Shown here piece after piece: positions 20,306 to 29,339 of a stretch of 64,000 bases of DNA (its first letter is position 1; every line of letters starts with the position of its first letter). The notes under the pieces are model-generated. The model was not told the origin of the DNA, did no database searches, and saw only the letters and a list, made by a program, of their open reading frames with translations. This DNA comes from Verrucomicrobiales bacterium (GTDB lineage: Bacteria > Verrucomicrobiota > Verrucomicrobiia > Verrucomicrobiales > DEV007): NCBI GenBank assembly GCA_028047635.1, contig JAOFXR010000009.1, forward strand, positions 14,902-78,901, given 5' to 3'. The translations under genes were made by a program, and so were the position numbers.

Positions 20306-21214
20306 ATGGCAAATTTGGAAATGGATGGCGGCATTAAGATCTACCTTCGGGAGATTGGAAAAACCGCTCTGCTCACTCGCGAAGAAGAGGTGCAGCTTGC
20401 TGATCGTATTAAGAATGGCGACAAGGAAGCCCGCGCTCACATGATCAAGGCGAACCTTCGTCTCGTTGTCAAAATCGCACAAGACTACGCTAACTACGGG
20501 TTACCTCTCCTCGACCTTATTTCCGAAGGAAACATCGGACTGATGAAGGCAGTTGAGCGTTTCGATCCGAACAAGGGGGGTAAGCTTTCTACGTATGCGG
20601 CCTGGTGGATCAAACAGTCTATCAAACGCGCTCTTGCGAACCAAAGTAAGACAATTCGTCTTCCGGTTCACATGGTAGACAAGATTTCGAAAATGCGCCG
20701 TGTCGCAATGGTTCTTTCCGAAGAACTCGGACGCGAGCCCACCGACGAAGAGTTGGCTGAGGAAATCGGTATCGACCGCGCCAAGCTTTCGCATCTGAAG
20801 TCTGCGGCTCTTCGCCCTGCTTCACTTGATGCTCCCATCAGCGACGACGATAACACCGAATTCGGTGAGATCATCGGCGATGAAAAGGCACAAACGCCTC
20901 TCGAACTTCTGAGCCACAAAAACATGCATATGCAACTCGACGACCTTCTTGAGGTCCTCGATGAGCGTGAGCGTAAGATCATCGACGCCCGTTTCGGACT
21001 CGCTGGACAAAAGCCGAAGACTCTCGAAGAAGTCGGCCAGGAATTCGGCGTGACTCGTGAGCGGATTCGTCAGCTACAGAACATCGCCCTGAAAAAGCTC
21101 CGCCGGGCACTTCAGAAGAAAGAGGATCCCGGTCCCCGCCCTCTTCGCAAGCCCGGCGACACCAGCGACGACGACTTCTTCCGCGACGAAGAGGAAGCGG
21201 CCCTCGCGATTTAA
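20306..21214 (+). CDS. RpoD/RpoS-family (group 2-like) sigma-70 factor lacking region 1.1
   Basis: YLREIG, NLRLVV, DLISEGNIGL, STYAAWWIKQ, VTRERIRQ. Confidence 0.93.
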   Translation: MANLEMDGGIKIYLREIGKTALLTREEEVQLADRIKNGDKEARAHMIKANLRLVVKIAQDYANYGLPLLDLISEGNIGLMKAVERFDPNKGGKLSTYAAWWIKQSIKRALANQSKTIRLPVHMVDKISKMRRVAMVLSEELGREPTDEELAEEIGIDRAKLSHLKSAALRPASLDAPISDDDNTEFGEIIGDEKAQTPLELLSHKNMHMQLDDLLEVLDERERKIIDARFGLAGQKPKTLEEVGQEFGVTRERIRQLQNIALKKLRRALQKKEDPGPRPLRKPGDTSDDDFFRDEEEAALAI

Positions 21215-21246
21215 AGCCTTCCTGTGCTAAATTAACGTTCGAAGAA

Positions 21247-21274
21247 GTGGCTTCCCATAAAGGCCGCGTTTTTT
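21247..21274 (+). terminator. Probable intrinsic terminator of the sigma gene
   Basis: GTGGCTT...AGGCCGC stem plus T6. Confidence 0.45.
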
Positions 21275-21410
21275 GTGCCTAAACAAATTTCAGAAATTTC
21301 CGGCGGAAGCCTAAAGATACGCAGCGCTCGAGACGACAGTTGATTACTCTCGCGCCATTCCAGATCGGGACACCACCAAGCAGCGATTCCAGCCCGGGAA
21401 CAGACCGGTA

Positions 21411-22658
21411 TCAGCCTTCAAACCGCTCAACCAGCAGTGAGGCGTTATGGCCACCGAATCCAAAGGAGTTGGTCAACGCGCGATCCACTTTCATCTCACG
21501 CGCCGTGTGCGGCACGTAATCAAGATCACACTGAGGATCAGGATTATCGAGATTGATCGTCGGGGGAGCAATCCCCTCGTTGATCGCTTTCACGCACACC
21601 GCAAGCTCCACGCCCCCGGCGGCACCAAGAAGGTGGCCTGTCATCGATTTTGTTGAGCTCACAACAAGCCCGTCTTTAGCATACGGACCAAAAACTGATT
21701 TGATCGCTTTTGTCTCGCCAATGTCTCCCAAACCGGTCGAGGTTCCATGAGCATTGACGTAGTCTACCTGCTCAGGATTCAACTTGGAATGCCGAAGCGC
21801 CATCTCCATGCAGCGACGAGCGCCGTCACCATCAGGGTGCGGTGATGTGAGATGATGGGCGTCTGAAGAAATGCCATAGCCGGTGAGTTCCGCATAGATA
21901 CGTGCTCCACGCGCTTTCGCGTGCTCGAGCTCTTCGATTACACAAACACCTGCCCCTTCTCCCATAACGAAACCATCCCGGTCTACGTCAAACGGACGGG
22001 AAGCCCGCTCCGGATCATCATTACGCATACTGAGCGCTTTCATGTTTCCGAACCCGGCAAGCCCCATTGGGCAAATTGTTGACTCAGAACCGCCGGCCAC
22101 AAAGGCGTCGGCATCACCGAATTTAATCATCCTCCAAGCTTCCCCGATGCTATGCGTTGCGGTCGCACAGGCGGTGACGATACACATATTTGGACCGCGG
22201 AGATCAAACTCAATTGACACCATACCGCTGGCGATGTTCGCAATCATCATCGGAATGGTGAACGGAGAAACGCGCGACGGAGATTTTTCAAGCAGGTTCA
22301 CGTGCTGATCTTCAAGGGTTCCGAGCCCCCCGATACCACTTCCGACCATACAACCGAAGCGATCCTTGTTAACCTTGTCAAAATCGATTCCTGAATCCTC
22401 AATTGCCATCACCGAGGCCGCCATTCCCAGTTGGGCAAAGCGATCAGCACGACGCGCATCCTTGTATTCTTTGAAATAAGGCTTCGCATCAAAATCTTTC
22501 ACCATGCCCGCAATCTGACAGTCGTGTGGCTCTAGTTTCGGAGTGTTGAGATTCGTAATCCCACTCTTTCCGGCGGCCAGATTTGCCCAGAAGTCTTCCA
22601 CGTTGTTTCCAACCGGAGAGACAACACCCATTCCTGTAATAACGACACGACGATCCAT
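21411..22658 (-). CDS. fabF: 3-oxoacyl-ACP synthase II
   Basis: RRVVITG, TACAT catalytic Cys, NAHGTST, KSMTGHLLG, NSFGFGGHN. Confidence 0.96.
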   Translation of the reverse strand: MDRRVVITGMGVVSPVGNNVEDFWANLAAGKSGITNLNTPKLEPHDCQIAGMVKDFDAKPYFKEYKDARRADRFAQLGMAASVMAIEDSGIDFDKVNKDRFGCMVGSGIGGLGTLEDQHVNLLEKSPSRVSPFTIPMMIANIASGMVSIEFDLRGPNMCIVTACATATHSIGEAWRMIKFGDADAFVAGGSESTICPMGLAGFGNMKALSMRNDDPERASRPFDVDRDGFVMGEGAGVCVIEELEHAKARGARIYAELTGYGISSDAHHLTSPHPDGDGARRCMEMALRHSKLNPEQVDYVNAHGTSTGLGDIGETKAIKSVFGPYAKDGLVVSSTKSMTGHLLGAAGGVELAVCVKAINEGIAPPTINLDNPDPQCDLDYVPHTAREMKVDRALTNSFGFGGHNASLLVERFEG

Positions 22659-22721
22659 TTATGCTGTGATTTTGAATGTCTAAACTCAACTGGCATGAGT
22701 TTCAATGCAAGACGATTTCGC

Positions 22722-22961
22722 CTATATCTCAATGATCCGCTCTCTCTCGTTCATCGCCCCACAACGCGGACATTCTGCCAAATCACGCTCCGAAAGATCC
22801 TCAAAAACATGATCGCAAATACCACAAATCACGAAGTGCTTCCGTCTCCTGTTCTCTCGGCCTTTCCGAAAGATTTCAGCAGCCACCCACGCAAAGAAAA
22901 GAGCGCACAGTATCACCACTAAATACACGGCAATCATGCCATCTAACGTCACGTGAAACAT
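22722..22961 (-). CDS. Small TM + Zn-ribbon protein
   Basis: N-terminal TM, basic patch, CGIC...CPRC. Confidence 0.7.
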   Translation of the reverse strand: MFHVTLDGMIAVYLVVILCALFFAWVAAEIFRKGRENRRRKHFVICGICDHVFEDLSERDLAECPRCGAMNERERIIEI

Positions 22962-23038
22962 CGTAATTAAAAATCCGCAGCCCCCGCATCTTTCCAGGGT
23001 CCACTTTCAAGCCACTCTCCAACCACGAAGAGCAAAAA

Positions 23039-23761
23039 TCAACCTTCGACAAAGATCTCCATCGACCCCGTTTCCGACTCGCTTCCCGGATTAAATCGCA
23101 AGGTAGACTCAACGAGCGCTCTGAGTTCCTCCTCCTCTGCCTTCTCCAGCTCGGATTCGATGCCGGTGATCTTCACATTACCTTCCGGTGAAACGGTCAC
23201 TTCGAAATGAAGACTTGGGAATGCATCAGCCATCTCAAAGTAGTCCTTCATGATCGACCAGGGGGCTATTCCACGAACCCTCAGGGTATCACTGAGCCGA
23301 ACCGTTAGATTTCCGGAAACCGGCTTACCACCAACAGTGTTACCTGTGCCAATCTCCTCAAGAGGTGAAATGGCTCCGGGAATCGTCCAGCGATACCGCA
23401 ATGGCACGAGGGGAATCACGGTCTCCTGAAATGCAGGAGTAAACCTTACCGGACTATCCTTGAGACGAATTCTCACGTCTGCAGACGCAGAAGCCGGTTT
23501 GAGGTAAATTGTCCGGTCACTGACCCGCTGAAGAATAGTTCTCACCGACGGGTTCGATGGGTCGAGAAGACTGATTCGTTCAGGATCGGTATCTGTCCGA
23601 ACGGGATCCGGATAGTCTACTTGGAAAAGGTAGAATCCGGATCCGTGAATGAGGATCGATACGATAAGAAAGGCGAGAACATACAACCAGAGCCCCTTTT
23701 CCCGGTCCCAATTAAAAACCCGCCCCCTTTCGTCTTCTTCGTCCCCCGGTTCGATCGCCAT
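23039..23761 (-). CDS. TonB/TolA-like single-pass energy transducer
   Basis: TM with SILIH (SxxxH-type) motif, C-terminal VTVSPEGNV...LRFNP resembling TonB_C; follows exbD. Confidence 0.6.
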   Translation of the reverse strand: MAIEPGDEEDERGRVFNWDREKGLWLYVLAFLIVSILIHGSGFYLFQVDYPDPVRTDTDPERISLLDPSNPSVRTILQRVSDRTIYLKPASASADVRIRLKDSPVRFTPAFQETVIPLVPLRYRWTIPGAISPLEEIGTGNTVGGKPVSGNLTVRLSDTLRVRGIAPWSIMKDYFEMADAFPSLHFEVTVSPEGNVKITGIESELEKAEEEELRALVESTLRFNPGSESETGSMEIFVEG

Positions 23762-23787
23762 ATCTGTATCCCTGATGAGGTTTTACG

Positions 23788-24192
23788 TTAAGGAATTTCC
23801 TGCTGGGTTGCGAAAGAGAGCTCAAATCCCTGCTGTATAACCAAATTTGCGATCTTCATCACGGAACCGTAATCGACTTCTTCATCACCCAAAAGAATAA
23901 CCTCTTTCGAACGCTGCATCGAATCATCCAGCGCGGCCGGCAACTGTTCAAGAGTGATCCACTGGTCGTTAAAGTAAAACTTAGACATCTCGCCGGGGAT
24001 TACCGTAATGATGTGCGCATCCTCAGCGGAAGGAAGCGACGCAGTTGAAGTCGGTAGTTTCACTTCGAAACCCGATTTCAAAACCAGATTGGAGCCAAAA
24101 AGAAAGAAGATGATCAGCATCAGGATCACATCAATCAGCGGAGCGGTATAAAGCGCGCCGCCTCGATCACTCAATGTGGATTCCAGTTTCAA
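23788..24192 (-). CDS. exbD: ExbD/TolR-family protein
   Basis: APLIDVILMLIIFFL with conserved Asp; GDEEVDYGSVMKI. Confidence 0.88.
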   Translation of the reverse strand: MKLESTLSDRGGALYTAPLIDVILMLIIFFLFGSNLVLKSGFEVKLPTSTASLPSAEDAHIITVIPGEMSKFYFNDQWITLEQLPAALDDSMQRSKEVILLGDEEVDYGSVMKIANLVIQQGFELSFATQQEIP

Positions 24193-24215
24193 GTCTCGGC
24201 TTCGATTGGATTTAC

Positions 24216-24908
24216 CTACTTATCGTCCTGATTCGAAGAAGACTCATCGTCCCCCTCTTCCCGCGGCGCCTCGGGACGCATCGAAATAATATCGCCTGTA
24301 TGAGTCCGAAGATCACAAATCGTATTCACGATCTCAATACCGGCACTCTCCATGTCGTGCATCAAATTTTTAGCGTATGCCTTGAGATGAGAGTAGAAAA
24401 CAAAAGAGGGAATTGCGACCATAAGGCCGGCCGCAGAAGTAATAAGCGCTTCGTATACCCCCTGGGATATCTCGGCCACGCGAACAAAGCCACCGACTGC
24501 GCTGATCTGCACAAAGGTATCGACCAGACCAAGAACCGAGCCAAGCAATCCAATCAGCGGAGCGATGTAGGCAACCGTGAGTAATACCGAAAGGTGCTTT
24601 TCAAGCTTGGGAACTTCCAGTTGCCCACTCTCCTGGACAATTTCTTTAAGCTCACTGCGTGGCATTGAATATCGCCGAATCGCAGACTGAATAACCCGCG
24701 CTGCAGGGCCGGGCGTTGAGACACACTCTGACAGGGCTTCCGAATAGGCCTTATTCTTGATGAGGTTTCGCAATCCGAAAAGCAAGTCACCGACGTCGAT
24801 TCGCGCTCTATGAAAATAGAACAATCGCTCTAGAAAAATGGCAATAGCAATCACCGAACAGCCTAAAAGAAGCCACATGAGCGGCCCGCCTTTTGTAATA
24901 AGATCCAT
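24216..24908 (-). CDS. exbB: MotA/TolQ/ExbB proton channel protein
   Basis: KGGPLMW, APLIGLLGSV, EALITSAAGLMVAIPS; start placed at ATG 24908. Confidence 0.88.
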   Translation of the reverse strand: MDLITKGGPLMWLLLGCSVIAIAIFLERLFYFHRARIDVGDLLFGLRNLIKNKAYSEALSECVSTPGPAARVIQSAIRRYSMPRSELKEIVQESGQLEVPKLEKHLSVLLTVAYIAPLIGLLGSVLGLVDTFVQISAVGGFVRVAEISQGVYEALITSAAGLMVAIPSFVFYSHLKAYAKNLMHDMESAGIEIVNTICDLRTHTGDIISMRPEAPREEGDDESSSNQDDK

Positions 24909-24999
24909 AGAAAATAAGACGGAGCTATCTTCCCCGAAGCCCAATCATAAGCACAATCCAGCCAACGGGCAAAGAGATTCCCCCACTTGAGAGAAGAGG

Positions 25000-26352
25000 T
25001 TAAAAGTAAAACGGGCCGGCTGCCCTGCCTTCGGATTCGTCGTCGATATCGTCATCTTCAGATTCCTCGACGTCGACAGGAGCCGGTTCAGCCTCGTCCT
25101 CCTCTTCCTCGTCGATCTCAAAAGCAATTGAAGGAGAATCACTCTCATCTTCCGCGCCTCCGGCTTCCGATTCAACAAATTCGAAAACCGTGCCTTCGTC
25201 TTCATCCTCTTCATCAGAAACGTCTTCTGAAGAGTCAGGGTCCATTTCAAACACAATCTCAGACGCCTCGTCAGCTTCGACCTCAAAGACACCGGCTGCT
25301 GCATTTGAATCGACCACGACTTCGCGATCAACCTCCACATGTTCAGGCGCCGTTGCGTTGAAATCGACCTCTTCGAATGGACTCTTTTTGAGACTTGGCT
25401 GCTCAATAATAATTTCAGTATCCCCGAAATCCAGAGGTTCAAGAATTTCTTTAGGTTCAGGTTCCCCAATCACTTCAGGTTCCTCGTCTTCCTCGTCTTC
25501 CTCGTCCTCTTCAATCGCTTCAAAGATCGACTCCGGAACCACTTCCTCCGCTACAATTGGCTCAGGCGCTTCAACTGCCGCTACCCCATCTTCTTCGAGA
25601 GTCTCCTCAATGAAAACTTCCTCCACCTCTTCAGGCTCCACTTCCGCGATCGGTTCCAACTCTATCGTTGATTCTTCGATTGCTGCCTCTTCTGCTGCCG
25701 CCGCCTCAATCGGTTCAGGTTCAACACGAACTGGAGGCTCCTCAGCCTTCCCAACGATCTCAACGGGTGTCTCAGGAATCTCATTTTCCTCGAGAAAGAT
25801 CGCCGGCGCTAAAAGTCGGTTCGCAGTGCGCTTAAGCGACATTGAACGAAGCGACTTTATCGGAGCGAGTTCGTTTTCCGCCTTGGGCGGATCCGAAGGC
25901 TTGATGCCTGAAAGGATATCCTGCAACGCATCGCTTACTTTGGACGCTTCCTCCCGCACAATCCCTGCAGGCGTCGAACAATCAGAAACACCCACAAGGA
26001 TAAAACGATTGATCATTTCGCGAAGATAAAGCAACCGATCGCCCCCTTGGTGAAGGCTCTCGATGTTCCCTGTCTCCCCTAGTTCTTTCACGAGCGCGCG
26101 CATCGCCCCGCTGGCTCCTGCAACGAGAGCGGAAATCACATCAATGGTAACCTCCGCTTCTGAAGAAATACCCGCAACCAGCGCTCCGCTGCGATCCACC
26201 ACGAGCGCCGTCTCAAGTCCCGCTTCTTCCGCAAAACGGCGCAACAGGTCGTCCGCTTGCGCGGCTATTGCACTGCTGATTTCGAGAGTCTGCGCCGGAC
26301 TGAAATCCTCGCCTTCTCCATTTGATGTTTCACTCGTTTCACTCATTAACAT
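25000..26352 (-). CDS. MglB-like roadblock/LC7 protein with ~290-aa low-complexity, mostly acidic tail
   Basis: ALVVDRSGALVA...ISALVAGASGAMRALVKELGE...LHQGG matches MglB; directly after mglA. Confidence 0.82.
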   Translation of the reverse strand: MLMSETSETSNGEGEDFSPAQTLEISSAIAAQADDLLRRFAEEAGLETALVVDRSGALVAGISSEAEVTIDVISALVAGASGAMRALVKELGETGNIESLHQGGDRLLYLREMINRFILVGVSDCSTPAGIVREEASKVSDALQDILSGIKPSDPPKAENELAPIKSLRSMSLKRTANRLLAPAIFLEENEIPETPVEIVGKAEEPPVRVEPEPIEAAAAEEAAIEESTIELEPIAEVEPEEVEEVFIEETLEEDGVAAVEAPEPIVAEEVVPESIFEAIEEDEEDEEDEEPEVIGEPEPKEILEPLDFGDTEIIIEQPSLKKSPFEEVDFNATAPEHVEVDREVVVDSNAAAGVFEVEADEASEIVFEMDPDSSEDVSDEEDEDEGTVFEFVESEAGGAEDESDSPSIAFEIDEEEEDEAEPAPVDVEESEDDDIDDESEGRAAGPFYF

Positions 26353-26422
26353 TCATTAACACTCAGATATCCCTCTGGTAGAACTTGCGACAACCTTACC
26401 CTTCCTCACAAAAAATCGATTT

Positions 26423-27073
26423 CTAACTCTTAAGGGCAACCGCTACCTCAGACTCTCGCCTCGAAACACCCCGTCCTCGCTCTTTCCTAATGGTTTGGGA
26501 ATGAAATCCTTTGATGACTTGCTTTGTCAGATCATCAAGAGTGGCAAAGACCTGATATCCAGAGGTTGCACAGGCGAAAAATGAAGCACGCTTCACTCCA
26601 AACATTTGATCCATCACATCCGGACTCGTTGCATCCGCAAGATCACGCTTGTTATACTGGAAAGAAAAAGGAAGGCGGTCCGGATCAATGCGGTTCTCCT
26701 CGAGCGCGTTCCGACAATTCTCGTAAGCATTCAGATTCGAGTCCATCCTCGAAGTCGTCGAATCAGCCACGAACACAATGCCATCAGCTCCAGCGAGGAC
26801 ATTTTTGCGTGTCTCCGAAAGAACATCCTGACCGGGAACAGTATAAAGTTGGAAGCGGGTCTGATACCCCTCAATTTCCGTGGTGTGAATGGGAAGAAAA
26901 TCAAAGCTGATCGTTCGATTCTGATCCGTGGCTACCGAGATCAAATCACCACGCAAGTATGAGTCAAGACGACGATGAATGTAATGGAGGTTCGTTGTTT
27001 TCCCACCTTCAGGAGGTCCGCAATATACCAGCTTGAACTGAACTTCCCGGGTGTCATATCGAACGAGTGCCAT
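26423..27073 (-). CDS. mglA: MglA-family small Ras-like GTPase
   Basis: KLVYCGPPEGGKTTNL, RTISFDFLP, LYTVPGQ, DGIVFVADS, YNKRDL. Confidence 0.92.
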   Translation of the reverse strand: MALVRYDTREVQFKLVYCGPPEGGKTTNLHYIHRRLDSYLRGDLISVATDQNRTISFDFLPIHTTEIEGYQTRFQLYTVPGQDVLSETRKNVLAGADGIVFVADSTTSRMDSNLNAYENCRNALEENRIDPDRLPFSFQYNKRDLADATSPDVMDQMFGVKRASFFACATSGYQVFATLDDLTKQVIKGFHSQTIRKERGRGVSRRESEVAVALKS

Positions 27074-27079
27074 AGGTTC

Positions 27080-29104
27080 CTATTTTTCGAGTTTCTCCAA
27101 ATTTCGGGAAATAAGAATCAATTTCTCACGTGTCCCCGGTTCAAACTCCAGAGACTCATGATGAACAGTGAGGCAGCATTCACCATCAAGAAAAAGACTT
27201 ACAATCCCCTTGTCAGTATGCAGAGTGAACGATTGAGCATCGGGCAGTCCAGTCAGTTTTGCTAAATTACGAATCGTTTGAACCATCTCTTTCGCTTCAT
27301 CTCCGATTCGGCTTTCCTCATTCCGGGAGGCTTGGACAAGACGCCCCGGCGTAGCAAGCGCGCAACTGGCAATCCCCGGCAAGGCAACCACTCTTCGGGC
27401 GACTGATCGCAAGGTAAACGAATCGCTGGTGGAGAAAATGGCTCTCAGCTCAAGATCTCGAATTTCACCTGACAGGGAAAGACCGGGAATTGCAGCCGGG
27501 GCTGGAGCGGCCGGCGCTTCAGTCGCGCGCTCCTGCTTCACAACCGGCGCGGGAGCAGTCTCAGGCTCGACAGATACCGTTGAAGGGAGGGGTTGGAGGG
27601 GCTTTAGCGAAGCGGCAGGGCTTCCCGAAAAAGCAGATCCAGTTGCATTTACTGAAGGAGAAGGAGTAAGTGTAGCCGCAGCATCGGGTAAAACCAGAGT
27701 CTCCGGTTTGGATTCAACCGCTTCAGGCTGGGGAGTCGGCGCTTGGGCAGCTGGCTCTTCTTTGACTTCTGAAAATCCTTGTGGAGCTGGCGGTGCGGCA
27801 GGCTCGAATCCAAATGAAGGAGGGCTCGCTTCTTCTTTAACCGAGGGCTCAGCCTCATCGCTCTCAAAAATGTCAGCGGAAGGCGAATCCACTTGAAACG
27901 CCGCGGGCAGTTCGTGTTCCTCATCTAAAGGAGGCAGAAACAGCCCGTAGTCATCTTCGTCATCGCTGTGATCAGCAGGACTCCCAAAAGCGCTCCCTCC
28001 CGCAGGCTTGGGAGCAGCACCAACACTCTTAGGAATAAGATTTCCGATACTTTCAAAACCATTACTCCCGTCCTCGGATTCGGATTCCGGCTCAGCCTTC
28101 GCATCGAACATCGTCCCCCAGGTTACCTCGGTAGCCTTTTCCGGCTGAGGAGCCGCTCCTTTAGGTGAATTGGATGCCGGAGAGGGAAAGGGAATTTCAG
28201 AATCCTCTTCGGCCTGAGTCGGAAAAAGCGTCGAATATCCCCCTTCACTTTCAAAAGGATTACCGGAAAACTGAGAACCAGGTGAAGACACCGCCTCCTT
28301 TGGGCTTTCTTTTCCAGGAGCAGCCATTTGTTCAAACGGATTGGCCCCCGCGGGACTCGGTGCAGAGAATCCATTCTGAACCGGGTCCGGAGCCTGAGGC
28401 GCCGGCCCATCCGCCCTACCCGTGGCCGGGTTGAAAGAGGGGGGAGAAGGACTCTTCTCCTGAGAAGTTTCAATGCCTCCCAATCCTTGCGGTGGTTTGC
28501 TCTCCGAACTGCTTGAGGCGGCTCGCGGTTGGGAGTGTGACTCGCTCATATTACTTGGGGGCTGCTGTGGGGTGCCAGGTGCCTCGTCACCATCGTCAGG
28601 TGACCAGAAAGGGTTCGATTTTTCAGAAACAGGCGCCGCTGGAGAGGCCTTGGATGCAGGCGCCGCTGCTGAAGCGGCCATTCCCGGAGGCTTCAAAAAA
28701 CCATTTCCGGAAACCAAAGGAGATTTCGCTTGAGACGCTGGATTCGGAATATTGCCCAATTTAGCCGGCAAAGTTACCGTAGATTCGTTCAATGGAGTAA
28801 TTTCCGCTGCGAACAATTCAGGACAGACCTGATAAATAGTAGAGAGCAACACATCGTTGAACCCATCCGGCGAAAGGGGAATATCAACTTCCTTCGTCAT
28901 CGGTATCCCCGCCTCTGCCGCAATAGCGGGCGGAATGAACGGTAACAGCTCACTCACCTGAAATACCTGACTTCGAATGGGCTTACCAGCACCTTCTTCC
29001 GGAGAAAACGGCGCCTGATGCCTCGTATCGCCACCCGCTGGAGCGGCGGCGCCTTCGGAATCCCCGTCCTCGGGGTTGAAGATATTTCGAAATGAGAATG
29101 TCAT
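27080..29104 (-). CDS. Pro/Ser/Ala-rich scaffold with N-terminal folded domain and C-terminal roadblock-like domain
   Basis: 674 aa, long low-complexity middle; C-terminal VALPGIASCALAT...SFTLHTDKGIVSLF pattern. Confidence 0.7.
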   Translation of the reverse strand: MTFSFRNIFNPEDGDSEGAAAPAGGDTRHQAPFSPEEGAGKPIRSQVFQVSELLPFIPPAIAAEAGIPMTKEVDIPLSPDGFNDVLLSTIYQVCPELFAAEITPLNESTVTLPAKLGNIPNPASQAKSPLVSGNGFLKPPGMAASAAAPASKASPAAPVSEKSNPFWSPDDGDEAPGTPQQPPSNMSESHSQPRAASSSSESKPPQGLGGIETSQEKSPSPPSFNPATGRADGPAPQAPDPVQNGFSAPSPAGANPFEQMAAPGKESPKEAVSSPGSQFSGNPFESEGGYSTLFPTQAEEDSEIPFPSPASNSPKGAAPQPEKATEVTWGTMFDAKAEPESESEDGSNGFESIGNLIPKSVGAAPKPAGGSAFGSPADHSDDEDDYGLFLPPLDEEHELPAAFQVDSPSADIFESDEAEPSVKEEASPPSFGFEPAAPPAPQGFSEVKEEPAAQAPTPQPEAVESKPETLVLPDAAATLTPSPSVNATGSAFSGSPAASLKPLQPLPSTVSVEPETAPAPVVKQERATEAPAAPAPAAIPGLSLSGEIRDLELRAIFSTSDSFTLRSVARRVVALPGIASCALATPGRLVQASRNEESRIGDEAKEMVQTIRNLAKLTGLPDAQSFTLHTDKGIVSLFLDGECCLTVHHESLEFEPGTREKLILISRNLEKLEK

Positions 29105-29339
29105 GACGTCAGTTGAAGGAGTGAGAGGATTTTTACAAATGAACTCACTCTCAAAAAAAGCAAAACCGATGGAACCACCCTAAAAGTATGAATATTTTAG
29201 TAAATTGAGATTAAAGTGGTAAAAACCAAATTATCAAGATGTTTTTACTATTAAGATAATTTAATTAAAATTCTATTTCTCCCCATAGAATATAACGACT
29301 GCTTACCTCACTAAACCGGCAAAAAAACCGGTGGCACAC

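Noticed and set aside
25190-26029. 279-aa Ser-rich plus-strand ORF
   Set aside because: Antisense shadow of the Glu-rich MglB-like tail
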